Source of the DNA: a virus
DNA: 64,000 nucleotides
Strand: one strand, 5' to 3'
Virus record (IMG/VR): IMGVR_UViG_3300014962_000004
Coordinates: 1 to 64,000 of that record
Position numbers and translations under genes: made by a program. The notes beneath the pieces are model-generated. The model did not search any database, was not told the DNA's origin, and worked only from the letters and a program-made list of their open reading frames with translations. Below are positions 54,022 through 63,999 of this stretch, in pieces (positions within the stretch are counted from its first letter, which is position 1; every line of letters begins with the position of its first letter).

Positions 54022-55884
54022 TCATCGGTTAGCCGTCCGGCGGATGATGGCCTCCATGAACACCGGCAACTGGTTGTCGTTGAGCTTGAAATCCGCTCCG
54101 CCCTGAGCGGCTTCGTCATGGATGGCCAGCGGGACGATGTCGGCGCTGTCAACGAAAGTCTGGATTCCGTAGTTGTTCTTGGTTACGCCGTCGACCTGAA
54201 CGATGGCTCCGGGGTCGGTCGACTTGGTCAGCTTGACGTTGTCCACGCCAAGCACCTGTCGGACCGCCAGCAGCACGTCAGACACCTCGATCCAGGCCCC
54301 GTAAGGCAGGCCGGAAAAGTAGGTCTTGAGCTGTTCCTGAACCGCGTTGTTGACCTGCTGCGGCACGAAGCCCCGGTCGTATTCCACCGACAGGTAGAGC
54401 CGGATGTATTGGTACCCGGCCTGGTGCACCATCACGTCGGTGGCGACCTGCTTGCTGGTCTTGATGACCGCCTGCAACAGCTGCGGCACCCGGTTGTAGA
54501 TGTAGGTCAGGGTGACGTTGGTGCCGACCTCGACCCGGTTCGGCATCCACTCAATTCCGGCGATTTCGTAAGGCGTTCCGGCCAGCAGTGTGGTCGGGTT
54601 GGCTCGCAGCTCCGGGGCCGACCGGATCAGGTGGTAATCCACGCCCTGCACGTAGCTGTCGGTGATCGGCACTCCGTCGATGACGTTGGTCAGGGTGATG
54701 ATGGACGGAAAGCTGGTCACCGGCGTGGATCCCAGCCGGGTGAACTTGTGTCCGTTGAGCGGGCTGCCCGGTGTGCCCACGCGGGCGAAGTTTCCGGCGT
54801 AAAGCTGGTCGTTCTCGTCGCTGTTGAGCGTGGTGGCGGTGACTTTGGTGCGCTCGGTGACGGTGTATGGCTCGGCCCCGTTGACGAACACGTCAACCTT
54901 GTTGGTGATGCCGTTCTCCGGGTCGTTGCGGCTGGATCGGGTGGTGTACTCGAATTCCAGATCCACCACGTCACCGACGACCATCGCGCCGGTGGGAATC
55001 CGGGAGAACTGGGGTCTGCCGGGTGTCGGTCCGCCGACCCACTGATAGTCCACACCGCGCCGGTAGAACACCTCGTCGGACTGGCCGAGGTTCTTGTACA
55101 CGTGCACGTGCCAGTCGCCGTCCCAGGCGTATTTAATGTCGGCGCTGATGTAGGGGTCCATGGTGATGGTCGTGGTGTCGGGCACGACGATCTGGGTGGC
55201 GTATTTCTTGATCGGGCCGAAGCATGCCGCCTTGGACACGTGCTTGTTGGTGTAGCACAGGTTCAGGTACCAGTCCTCGGTGCCGACCACCGAGCGCAGG
55301 AACGTGTTCTTGAACCGCTGGCGCAATTCCGCGTCGGTCTCCACGTCCACGCCGCCGGTAAAGGACTGCAGGTTGGTGACCGAGGTCGCGCCCAGGATGT
55401 CGCCGATGAAGACGATGGTGTCCGGCGGGACGTTGCCGGTAGTGCCGACGATGGTGCATTCCACCGGCACGTCGACGATGTAGGAGCCAGCCGGGATCAT
55501 CACGGCCTGGGTAGAGGAGAAGAAGAGCGGGCTTCCCGAGGACGGCAGCGACTGCCGGGTGTAGAACTGGGATCCCAGCGGGATGTTGATGTCCTGGATG
55601 TTGGCCGTGTTCAGCTCTACACGTACCGTTCCGCTGGCCTTGCGGCCCTGTAGCCGCCCGAAACCGAAGATGCCGCAGAACTGTTCCAGTTCCAGCCCGG
55701 CCTTGCTCTCAATGTCCAGCAGCGACCCGACGAGGTACTGGTCGACGTAGGACTCGCTGATCGCCTCGGCGACCGCATCCACAATCTTGCGTTCCGGGGT
55801 GCCCAGCTCCAGCGAAAAGCCGGGGGCGGTGACTGCCAGCGTGGCCAGAATTTCCTTAGCCACGATGTCCGGGGTTTTAGCCAC
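54022..55884 (-). CDS. Baseplate J-like protein
   Basis: GTTGNVPP...VTN..SFTGGVDVETDAELRQR. Confidence 0.88.
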   Translation of the reverse strand: MAKTPDIVAKEILATLAVTAPGFSLELGTPERKIVDAVAEAISESYVDQYLVGSLLDIESKAGLELEQFCGIFGFGRLQGRKASGTVRVELNTANIQDINIPLGSQFYTRQSLPSSGSPLFFSSTQAVMIPAGSYIVDVPVECTIVGTTGNVPPDTIVFIGDILGATSVTNLQSFTGGVDVETDAELRQRFKNTFLRSVVGTEDWYLNLCYTNKHVSKAACFGPIKKYATQIVVPDTTTITMDPYISADIKYAWDGDWHVHVYKNLGQSDEVFYRRGVDYQWVGGPTPGRPQFSRIPTGAMVVGDVVDLEFEYTTRSSRNDPENGITNKVDVFVNGAEPYTVTERTKVTATTLNSDENDQLYAGNFARVGTPGSPLNGHKFTRLGSTPVTSFPSIITLTNVIDGVPITDSYVQGVDYHLIRSAPELRANPTTLLAGTPYEIAGIEWMPNRVEVGTNVTLTYIYNRVPQLLQAVIKTSKQVATDVMVHQAGYQYIRLYLSVEYDRGFVPQQVNNAVQEQLKTYFSGLPYGAWIEVSDVLLAVRQVLGVDNVKLTKSTDPGAIVQVDGVTKNNYGIQTFVDSADIVPLAIHDEAAQGGADFKLNDNQLPVFMEAIIRRTANR

Positions 55885-55903
55885 TTCGGCTCCTCACAAA
55901 ACT

Positions 55904-56353
55904 TTACTTACGATTGGGCGAAATGAAAGTTCCAGCAGCTTGCCCGTTGGCAATCTTGATGGTGGTGTACTGATTAGATCCGTTGCGGAGCTTGAGGGTC
56001 ACCCAGATGGTGTCGTAGCTGAGCTTGACCTTGATGTCTTCGACGGACACCAGCAGCTCGCTGTCCGACAGTTTTTCGGGGTTTTCCTTGAACCGGCGCA
56101 GCTGCGCAGCCTGGTAATTCTGCAATACCCGCAGGATCTCGGACTGCACCTGGGCGCGCACCGACTCCGAAGCGATGGTGCCGATGAAATCTTCGAGGAT
56201 GGATCCCATGTTCACGTGGAACCGGTCTCCGCCGTAACGCTCCACCAGCCAGCAGTTGATGTCCTGCCGGAGCTTGTCTACCCCGTAGACAAGGTCGAGC
56301 CGCGACCCCTTGCGGGCCAGATCGCCGTCGACGATGGCCAGGCTGTAGCTCAC
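55904..56353 (-). CDS. gp25-like baseplate wedge protein
   Basis: KLRQDI..WLVERYGGDRFH.NMGSIL; upstream of baseplate J. Confidence 0.75.
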   Translation of the reverse strand: MSYSLAIVDGDLARKGSRLDLVYGVDKLRQDINCWLVERYGGDRFHVNMGSILEDFIGTIASESVRAQVQSEILRVLQNYQAAQLRRFKENPEKLSDSELLVSVEDIKVKLSYDTIWVTLKLRNGSNQYTTIKIANGQAAGTFISPNRK

Positions 56354-56407
56354 GGTGCGGCCCTCCTATCACTCCTTCTAGGCGCTGTGCAGGACGGCCA
56401 CAGGGTG

Positions 56408-56647
56408 TTACTCGACGGGCTGGGCCTCGACGACATCGTTGAGGGTGGCGCGCTTTTCCTCGACCACCGATTCGGTGCGGGCGCGGCTGGCGGCAGTCAG
56501 CAGATCCAGCAGACTGCCCCCGTTGCCGCCCTCACGAGCGATCCTGCCCTCGATCTTGACCCCGTTGGGGCCGTCGGTGAAGTTGACTTCGGCGAACTCG
56601 CCGTTGACCCACTCGGAGCCGTTGACCTCGATGCGCAGGTGTTTCAT
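56408..56647 (-). CDS. Hypothetical protein
   Basis: SD AAGGA. Confidence 0.7.
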   Translation of the reverse strand: MKHLRIEVNGSEWVNGEFAEVNFTDGPNGVKIEGRIAREGGNGGSLLDLLTAASRARTESVVEEKRATLNDVVEAQPVE

Positions 56648-56699
56648 GCTGTTGTCCTTACTTAGGAGTCGGGTGGAATCAGTGTAGCGGGAGCGTCGC

Positions 56700-58850
56700 T
56701 CAGAGACCGTTAACCACGTTCATGAGGTACTGCGCGGCGATTTGGTAGGCAGTTGATCCCGACGAGGGGAAAGTTCCATTGGCCAGCGGGGGTGGGTAAT
56801 GCGGGTACAGGGGATGACCGCCGCCGCCGATTGTGGTGCTGATTCCGGTCAGAGCATCGGTGATGACGTGGTTCGCCGCCGGGGAGGTAATCGTGTTGGT
56901 CAAGGCTCCAAAGAATGTAGCCGCCAGCAGTCCGGCGATCTGCCCAATCGGGCCGAAGGCGTACAGCGAGGCCCCGGTGGCGTTGGTTATGGACTGACCA
57001 AGAGCCGAATCTCCGACTCCTGACGCGATTTCCATAGGCATGGTGAAGTCCCAGCACCAGGACGGGGTGTTGGTCATTCGTAGTTCCGCCGGATACATGC
57101 CATGCCCGCCGGTCGTCGAGCCGTCCACATCAAATGCACCTGAATAACCGCTGGAGCCTGGGTAGGTGTGGTTCAGCTCGCGGGTGGGTGCCCCGAACGT
57201 CACCGCCGCCACCAGGTCGTTGGCCCGCGACTCTAGCAGCCCCCCGGCGCGGGTTTCCTTGATCAGGAGGTGGGCCACGGCACCGCCCTGGCTATACCCA
57301 CCAACCGCAAACTTGGTTCCGGCGGGTTTGGTGAGAATGTCGTTGACGATGAACTTCACGCCCGCCTTGATCGAGGACAGGCCGTTGAGCAGGGTGGCCG
57401 GGTAGATGACCCGCTGGATCTGCCATTTGGTCGAGTCGAGCAGCAGCGGGAACGGGTCGTAATGTTCGCCGCCCTCGGAGCGAATGATCTTTCCGTTCAG
57501 ACCTTTGATGTTGAAACCGTCGGTCGCCGTCCCCGGATTGGGGATCAGGTTGCCCATGAACTCGGTCAGCCAGGAGGTGCCGTTGGCCCAATAGAACCGG
57601 GGCTTCTTGGAGTCCTGAGAGCCGGGTGGAATGAGTGTGGTTGACCAGCCGACCTGGCCGGTGGTCGGAATGACCAGGGGCGCGGTAGCGTACACTTTGG
57701 CCCTGTCGTTAAGCCACTTCAACGCTAGCTGGTAGCAAGTTTCACTGCCCGGAGCGGGTTGTAGGTAATTGTGTGTGATGACGGTTGGGCCAGGGCCAGT
57801 ACCGGCTCGCGACCGGCCCGACTTGTTGCTAACCCCCGGAACCGAGCTTCGCGGCGGTGAAGTGGCGGTGTATTCGGTTGTCACCGGAGTCGAAATAGAA
57901 GAATAACCGGTGCTGGAGTTATACGGGGGCAAAGATGGGTATAAAACATGACCGCCGCCGCCGACGCTTCCTTGCTGATTGGCCCCGTCAATTAGATAAT
58001 TAACAATACTGCCAACGCCACCCATAGCGGTTGAAATTGCGTTAATCAAATTAGATGGTATAAGCCAGCTTAGTAGCCCTTGAGCAAGGATGTTTCCTAA
58101 TTGCTCTGGCGTAAAATCTAAAAGAGCACGGTTTCCTTCAGTCCACAATATGCCAGTTTGAGAATCGCCGGTTGAAGTAATAACGTCATCGGGATTGGCG
58201 AACTCAATCCATTCGGTGCCGTCGCAGTTTGTTAATCTCGCCCACGGCCCATCTGCCGGAAAACTTCCATGCCCTCCGGTGTCGGATCCTGGAACATCCC
58301 AAGCCCCCGACCAGGTGCCGCCAATTTCTCCACGGTGATTGACCTGACGGCGTGGATTACCAAAACACACTCCCCCCAAAAAAGAAGGATACCGACTAGT
58401 TAAAGAACCGTATCTCAGCTCGTTATACACACCCGACATCACCGCCGCGCCCTGTGAAGTTCCCCCGATGGCAAATGGTTTTCCCGCAGGAAGGGCGTTG
58501 ATTCTGGCAATTACTTTTTCAATGCCGTCATTGATTGACGCACCCATGCCACCAATAAGCGCACCGCCAGTGGCAGCAACCCCCAGAAAAGAATCAGCGA
58601 AATTGACTCTTTCTGGCTCCCATGCGTCGAGGTCGAGCATGAACGGGAACGGGTCGTTCATCACCCCGTCGGGCCAGGGGAAGACGGTGCCGTTCAATCC
58701 TCTGACGTAGCTGGTGATCGGATCGGCGGAAGGGTTGATTTCTTTGTCGCCCCAGAACCACCGACCTATACCGGCAAGCTGAAGTCCGGTGCCGAAAACA
58801 GAAAACGTGTAAGCGGTGCCGGTGCAGTAGAAGAACGCTGCTTTGCTCAT
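56700..58850 (-). CDS. Protein with two tandem cutinase/LysB-like alpha/beta hydrolase domains
   Basis: GTSQG...FGNPRR...DDVIT...GGGHVLY and GYSQG...FGAPTR...MEIAS...GGGHPLY. Confidence 0.8.
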   Translation of the reverse strand: MSKAAFFYCTGTAYTFSVFGTGLQLAGIGRWFWGDKEINPSADPITSYVRGLNGTVFPWPDGVMNDPFPFMLDLDAWEPERVNFADSFLGVAATGGALIGGMGASINDGIEKVIARINALPAGKPFAIGGTSQGAAVMSGVYNELRYGSLTSRYPSFLGGVCFGNPRRQVNHRGEIGGTWSGAWDVPGSDTGGHGSFPADGPWARLTNCDGTEWIEFANPDDVITSTGDSQTGILWTEGNRALLDFTPEQLGNILAQGLLSWLIPSNLINAISTAMGGVGSIVNYLIDGANQQGSVGGGGHVLYPSLPPYNSSTGYSSISTPVTTEYTATSPPRSSVPGVSNKSGRSRAGTGPGPTVITHNYLQPAPGSETCYQLALKWLNDRAKVYATAPLVIPTTGQVGWSTTLIPPGSQDSKKPRFYWANGTSWLTEFMGNLIPNPGTATDGFNIKGLNGKIIRSEGGEHYDPFPLLLDSTKWQIQRVIYPATLLNGLSSIKAGVKFIVNDILTKPAGTKFAVGGYSQGGAVAHLLIKETRAGGLLESRANDLVAAVTFGAPTRELNHTYPGSSGYSGAFDVDGSTTGGHGMYPAELRMTNTPSWCWDFTMPMEIASGVGDSALGQSITNATGASLYAFGPIGQIAGLLAATFFGALTNTITSPAANHVITDALTGISTTIGGGGHPLYPHYPPPLANGTFPSSGSTAYQIAAQYLMNVVNGL

Positions 58851-59095
58851 GCAGGCGGGGCGGCAGGTTCGATGGGCGGCAGCGGGTCGGCGACGTTAGT
58901 TTCGGGGACGTACAAGTCTTCCCATTCCGGGCCTTCCACTTCCTGCGTCCAGGTGTTGCGCGGACCCGTATTGGGAGAGGCGCACGACCACTCCATCATC
59001 ATCTGCTGCGGGGTGATGCCGAGCGGGAAGATGTTACGGACAGCTACCTCACCAGTAGTGGTGTTGCGCCGAGTGTGACCAACCGTGTATTCCAT
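58847..59095 (-). CDS. Small tail-associated protein (paralog of 59114-59371)
   Basis: VGH.RRNT.TGEVAVR.IFP.G...MMEW. Confidence 0.75.
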   Translation of the reverse strand: MEYTVGHTRRNTTTGEVAVRNIFPLGITPQQMMMEWSCASPNTGPRNTWTQEVEGPEWEDLYVPETNVADPLPPIEPAAPPA

Positions 59096-59113
59096 TTGTG
59101 ATTTCCTTTTCAG

Positions 59114-59371
59114 TTACTGCGGGGCAATGTTGAGGGGGCCAGATTGTGCAAGATTTTCTGGCATTAGAATGGGTTCAGGAATATACACATCAACCCAGTC
59201 CGGCCCTTCGACATCTTGAGTTTTTGCATTGCGTGGCCCCGCGTTGGGGGCGGCACACAGCCATTCCATCATTGCTTCTTCTGGCGTTTTTCCAATTGGA
59301 AAGATGGTTCGCACGGCCACCTCTCCGCTTTCGGTGTTTCGTTTTAGATGGCCAACTGCATAAAAAGACAT
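59114..59371 (-). CDS. Small tail-associated protein (paralog of 58847-59095)
   Basis: VGHLKRNTESGEVAVRTIFPIG...MMEW. Confidence 0.75.
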   Translation of the reverse strand: MSFYAVGHLKRNTESGEVAVRTIFPIGKTPEEAMMEWLCAAPNAGPRNAKTQDVEGPDWVDVYIPEPILMPENLAQSGPLNIAPQ

Positions 59372-59386
59372 TAGATAACCTTTCTT

Positions 59387-62300
59387 TTAATTCAGGCTGC
59401 GGTTGAGTAGGGAAACAGAAAAATATGTGTATCTTCCGTTGCCGTCCCAGGTAATGATGTTGTCGCTTGTCCTCAACACGTTTTGAAAATTGATTGAATC
59501 ATAGGAGCGGCTATCTCCGGTATCGGGGTGCCAAGCGTAGCCGGGGGCGATAGTCTCTTGCAAGCTTGCGTCGATGTAAACAATGAAGCTGCTGTGTATC
59601 ATTTCGGGGCACACACTGTTGCTGGTGCTTCCCCCCAACCCGGTATAGTAGGCGGCGTTGGCTCCGCCCGTCCCAAATTTGTAAGGTAAATTATTTTTAT
59701 ACAACACTGAGTTTATGTACCACTGGTACATACTTAAACTTCTGGTTAGTCCGTAAGAAATTTCTACTTCATACCAGCCAGACAGGGTTGGTCTTACTTG
59801 AAGAAATCCGTTGTAGTTGCTGACTACAATGTCAGAAGTGGCCGGAGATTCTTCATAATTAAAAAAACCATAAGGGATTCTAGTACCGGCAAGGTTGTAA
59901 TTGGTGGTAAAGGTAGTTGCCGCAGTTTTGCGGTACAAAAGACCAGAACCGACAGCACCAAGAGTCTTGGGAAGAGCATTTTCTAAAATTTTACCATTGT
60001 TGCCGCCTTGCGGGGCACCAAACAGTTTGGTGTTAGTGTCGTCAATTCGGCCAGATGCTTCTGAAGTTTTGTCGCCGTTGTATTTTGCTCCGGTATAAAC
60101 ATCGTTTACAGTGCTGCCACTGTAATTATTTTTACTTAACGCAGAGGTCAAATACCCCAGCAGGGTGTTCATCGTGGCCGTACCGTCGGCCTTGAGGGAG
60201 GCCAGCGAGGTGATCAAGGTGGGCAATTTGTTTACATCGAAGACGGTGCCGCCAGCCACGTTGGAGAACATAGCGTTATTGATGAGGTCGAGCCGACCTC
60301 TAGTGGTGGAATTGTAGTCCTTGTTGGTGTATCCGGCCCCGTTGACTCCCTGCACTGTATTGACGGCACTGGTGCCGCCGCTGAGCCAGTAGACGAGGTA
60401 GTACAGCAGCTCGCCGAAAGTGTTAACGCCATCGACCTTGACGCTGAACAGGCTGGCGATAAGGCTTTGGGGGCTGTAGAAGGTGCTGCCGCCCCTATAA
60501 TCGCCGAACAGGGTCGTGTTAGTGTTGGTGGAATATGAGTATCCGTTATCGGCTACGTTGCGAGCCGTAAACGCGGCATCGTACAGGCTCGTCCAGTCCA
60601 GGCCGCTGGTGTTCTGGCCGGTATTCTTGAGGCCGCCGATCATCTGGTTCCAGGCCGTGTTCAGCGAGTCGACGTTGCCCTGGATCAGCCCGCCGGTCTT
60701 CTTCAGGCTGATGTCGTCCCACCACACCACACCGCTCGTGGCGGTGGAGTCCACGCCCAGGCGCACCATGACCGTCGTCCACGACGAATCGGTAACCACG
60801 TAGGGGACGAGGGTGGTGTTACCGATGGTCGTCCATTCGGCAGAGTTCTGAATCCTATTGCCGATGATGATCGTCGGCTGCTGGTCGTTGCCAACAAATG
60901 GGATGATGGCAATCGAGATTGGGGTCGACCCAGCAGGGCTGACCGCGACCGCGTTGGTCTTGACGCTGGCGGTCACCACCAGACGGTCGCCGACACCGAC
61001 CGGCACCGCCTGCCGTGAGTACAGGTAGCGGTTCTTGGCCGAGCTGATCGTCACCTTGGCCGAGCCGCCGCTGCTCTGCGGGGCGTTTTGGGTGCTGTCC
61101 CACACCCACCCGTCATTCGCCTCGATGTTGATGGTGTCGGCGAACTTGCCCAGCGTGATGAGGTTGGGGCTGGTGTCGGCGATGTTGGCCACCGGGATCG
61201 AGCCGATCACCGCAGGCGGCAGCACGCCCTGCACCAGGTTGGCGGGGATCTGGCTGAACTTGGTCAGCAGGGTTCCGGCGATGTCACCGAGCAGGCCCAG
61301 CCCGACGGTGGCGATGTCGGTGATGCTTTGAATGCCGAATTTCGCGGGGTCGATGTTGAGACCCTTGAGCAGGTTACCGACAATCGGGCCGATGACGTTG
61401 ATCTGCGCCCATTCCAGAAGATTGTTGTGACCACCGAAAACGAAACTGGTAATCCAGGCCAGTAATGCTTTTTCAATGTTCTTGAAGAACAAAGCGGCCA
61501 TTTGAATTGGCTGAAGTGCGCCTTCCGCAAGGTTTCTCAGATCGAAACCAAAGAAATCGCGAATGTTTTCAAAAAATGCTCCGACGGCCCCCAGCACGTT
61601 GGACACGATGGTGCCGCCGAATTGCAATACGCCGTCGAGACCCCTGGTAGCGATGCCCAGAATGTTGGTGAGAAAAAATTCGATAGCGGTGCGCAAGCCT
61701 TGTGCGTCGAGAACGCCGCCAAGCAGGCCCATGCCGTTCAGCAATTTGCCCAGGTTGGTGATGAAATTCTGGAACGCCCCCGCCGCATTGCCGAGCAGGC
61801 CACTGAACAAGCTGTCGAACATGCCGAACAGGTTGGTGGTCAGCAGGGTAGGCCAGTTGATGCCCGGCACGGTGGCGTTGTTGATCGCCGTCCAGTTGAG
61901 GAACGGCAGCAGGGCCTGCCAGGGGACGAACGGCAAGAAGGTCGTGAGGGCCTTGAAGAACCAGTTGAACAGGCTGCCGGTGCCGGTGATGATCTGCTGC
62001 AGGAGGGTTCCGGTCAGCCCGAGGTACTGACTGGCGAAACTCTGGATGGCGGTGATGAGCGGGTTGGACATCAGGCTGGTCACCAGACCGGCCAGGGTGG
62101 CCAGGATGCCCTGCGGGGTCGTCAGATTCGGGGTGCCGTTGAAGAATCCGGCCAGCGTGGTCAGCGAATTTGGATCGCACGTCAGAACACCGAACAGGGT
62201 GCTCAAGAACTTGGTGCCGCCGATCACCGCGTCCTGCAGCAGGTTTCCGGTGAACAGCCCCGGCGCGATGGACTGCAGGAAGCTGCTCAGCCCTTGCAGG

Positions 62301-63316
62301 AACGGGTTGAGGCGGAAGACATTGAAGAAGGTCTCAATGGCCTGGATTATCGAGATCGGCCCGAACACGTCGCCGGTGGCATCGAGGATGGCCTGCAGCT
62401 GCGTGGGATCGGCCTGGCAGAACAGAACGTCGAACAGGGTCTGGATGAACTGCGTGATACCGCCGATGGCATCCTGCAGCAGGCTGCCGGTGGATCCGGA
62501 CACCAACGTGAAGAATTCTTGCAACGCCAGGATGAACGGGTTGCTGGCGACGGGAGCCAACAGATCGCGCACTCTTGCCAGCAGCGTCTGCGGGGTGAGG
62601 TCGCCGTTGAAGTCGCAGAAGATCGTGCTGAATAAGTAGTTGACGAAGTTCTGGAAGCCGTCGATCATCTTGGCTACGTCGGTGTCGCCGAAACCGAGAT
62701 CCTTGAAGCCGCCGACAAACACGTTCTGGCACAACAGGTTCCAGAATTCGGAGAAGTTGTCGACGATGGTCTGGACCGAGCCGCCCCAGTCCTGCAGGGC
62801 GCTGGCGGCACCGGAAAGATCCGCGCCCTGGAAGCCGGTCAGCGCAGCCGCGACGGATTGCACCAGATCGTCGGCCTGCGCCGAGCTGACCGGTGCCCAA
62901 TTGACTTTGTCGGCGGAGCGTTCCAGGGTGGTGCCGTTGTCCCGGTAGTAGACATCGTTGAGCCGAAACATCTTGCTGTTGACCCGGACTTCGGGGCCGT
63001 TCAGCTCCAGCGGTCCGTAGGCGGATCCGACCGACACCTGCCCCTCTTCGGGCTTGATGTTCAGGGTCGGGTCGTTGAACGGGATGCGCCCGTAAAGCCG
63101 CCATTCCATGTCGAAGCGTTCGACGTACCACTGCTCGCCGGTGGCCGGGACGGTGATGGTGTCGCCGGTGGCGTAGGCGCAATTGATCCGGATGTCGTGC
63201 CGGGTCTTAGTCAAGCCCACGGCGGTGCGGCTGATCGGATCAACGGAAATGATCGCGACCGGCTGTATTTCCCGCTCGGAGGCAGCCCGGCGGGAGAAAC
63301 CGGTGTCATAAGCCAT
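59387..63316 (-). CDS. Tail spike/fibre-like minor tail protein
   Basis: OB-like N-terminus, long helical repeats, a CBM-like domain (VWWDDISL) and a divergent AT-rich C-terminus. Confidence 0.75.
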   Translation of the reverse strand: MAYDTGFSRRAASEREIQPVAIISVDPISRTAVGLTKTRHDIRINCAYATGDTITVPATGEQWYVERFDMEWRLYGRIPFNDPTLNIKPEEGQVSVGSAYGPLELNGPEVRVNSKMFRLNDVYYRDNGTTLERSADKVNWAPVSSAQADDLVQSVAAALTGFQGADLSGAASALQDWGGSVQTIVDNFSEFWNLLCQNVFVGGFKDLGFGDTDVAKMIDGFQNFVNYLFSTIFCDFNGDLTPQTLLARVRDLLAPVASNPFILALQEFFTLVSGSTGSLLQDAIGGITQFIQTLFDVLFCQADPTQLQAILDATGDVFGPISIIQAIETFFNVFRLNPFLQGLSSFLQSIAPGLFTGNLLQDAVIGGTKFLSTLFGVLTCDPNSLTTLAGFFNGTPNLTTPQGILATLAGLVTSLMSNPLITAIQSFASQYLGLTGTLLQQIITGTGSLFNWFFKALTTFLPFVPWQALLPFLNWTAINNATVPGINWPTLLTTNLFGMFDSLFSGLLGNAAGAFQNFITNLGKLLNGMGLLGGVLDAQGLRTAIEFFLTNILGIATRGLDGVLQFGGTIVSNVLGAVGAFFENIRDFFGFDLRNLAEGALQPIQMAALFFKNIEKALLAWITSFVFGGHNNLLEWAQINVIGPIVGNLLKGLNIDPAKFGIQSITDIATVGLGLLGDIAGTLLTKFSQIPANLVQGVLPPAVIGSIPVANIADTSPNLITLGKFADTINIEANDGWVWDSTQNAPQSSGGSAKVTISSAKNRYLYSRQAVPVGVGDRLVVTASVKTNAVAVSPAGSTPISIAIIPFVGNDQQPTIIIGNRIQNSAEWTTIGNTTLVPYVVTDSSWTTVMVRLGVDSTATSGVVWWDDISLKKTGGLIQGNVDSLNTAWNQMIGGLKNTGQNTSGLDWTSLYDAAFTARNVADNGYSYSTNTNTTLFGDYRGGSTFYSPQSLIASLFSVKVDGVNTFGELLYYLVYWLSGGTSAVNTVQGVNGAGYTNKDYNSTTRGRLDLINNAMFSNVAGGTVFDVNKLPTLITSLASLKADGTATMNTLLGYLTSALSKNNYSGSTVNDVYTGAKYNGDKTSEASGRIDDTNTKLFGAPQGGNNGKILENALPKTLGAVGSGLLYRKTAATTFTTNYNLAGTRIPYGFFNYEESPATSDIVVSNYNGFLQVRPTLSGWYEVEISYGLTRSLSMYQWYINSVLYKNNLPYKFGTGGANAAYYTGLGGSTSNSVCPEMIHSSFIVYIDASLQETIAPGYAWHPDTGDSRSYDSINFQNVLRTSDNIITWDGNGRYTYFSVSLLNRSLN

Positions 63317-63999
63317 TAGCTTGGCACCTCAGCGGCATTTCGGAACAGATCCTGGCGGTTCGCAATTTCCTGCGCAGTGGCGCTGGTGAACATGGACACA
63401 GCCGTTTGCCATCCAGGCTTCGACGGGGCCATGATCGTCATGGTTGTGGTAAATCCGTTCTCAAAGTCACCGGCGTGAGTTACTTCTGCAACATACACCT
63501 GCAGTTTGTGTGTAGGCAGATTGACACGCATGCCGGGGAAAATTTCCGGCATAAACGTGGTTTCGATGACCGTCGCGTATTGCTCGGCCCATTTCTTCAT
63601 AAAGGTTTGAACGGCCAGCATGAATTCCATCTGACCGGACATGATCGCCGCCATCGACTGGCTCAGGGGGCGAGCGCCGAATTTCTCCATGATCTGCTGA
63701 CCGCTGACCATCCGCTCGCCGGGCACATGCGGGGCAGCAGCGGCCATCCGGGTGAACAACCATTCGTTTTCCACGGTGGCGACACCCTTGGTGTTCAACC
63801 AACCGGCAATACCGCCACTGGAGGCGTTGAGGGTCGGCGACCCGGCGATGTAGACATGCGTGGCCAATGCGTCATCGTTCAAGTCAATCTGAACATTCTT
63901 CATTTCGATGTCTTCGATGTGCCACACCGCGTCTTTGCCGTCAATGCCGAAATAGTCCGGGTAATAAGCGATGAAGTCGCCATTGGGCGCAGATTGGAA
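63316..63999 (-). CDS. Baseplate hub-like protein (partial; 5' end lies beyond the right edge)
   Basis: Frame is open to the window end (FQSAPNGDFIAYYPDYFG...); FMPEIFPGMRV...YVAEVTH...GFTT motif. Confidence 0.7.
   Translation of the reverse strand, partial: FQSAPNGDFIAYYPDYFGIDGKDAVWHIEDIEMKNVQIDLNDDALATHVYIAGSPTLNASSGGIAGWLNTKGVATVENEWLFTRMAAAAPHVPGERMVSGQQIMEKFGARPLSQSMAAIMSGQMEFMLAVQTFMKKWAEQYATVIETTFMPEIFPGMRVNLPTHKLQVYVAEVTHAGDFENGFTTTMTIMAPSKPGWQTAVSMFTSATAQEIANRQDLFRNAAEVPS

Noticed and set aside
59387-60170. Diversity-generating retroelement target at the tail protein C-terminus
   Set aside because: No reverse transcriptase and no template/variable repeat pair seen in this window.
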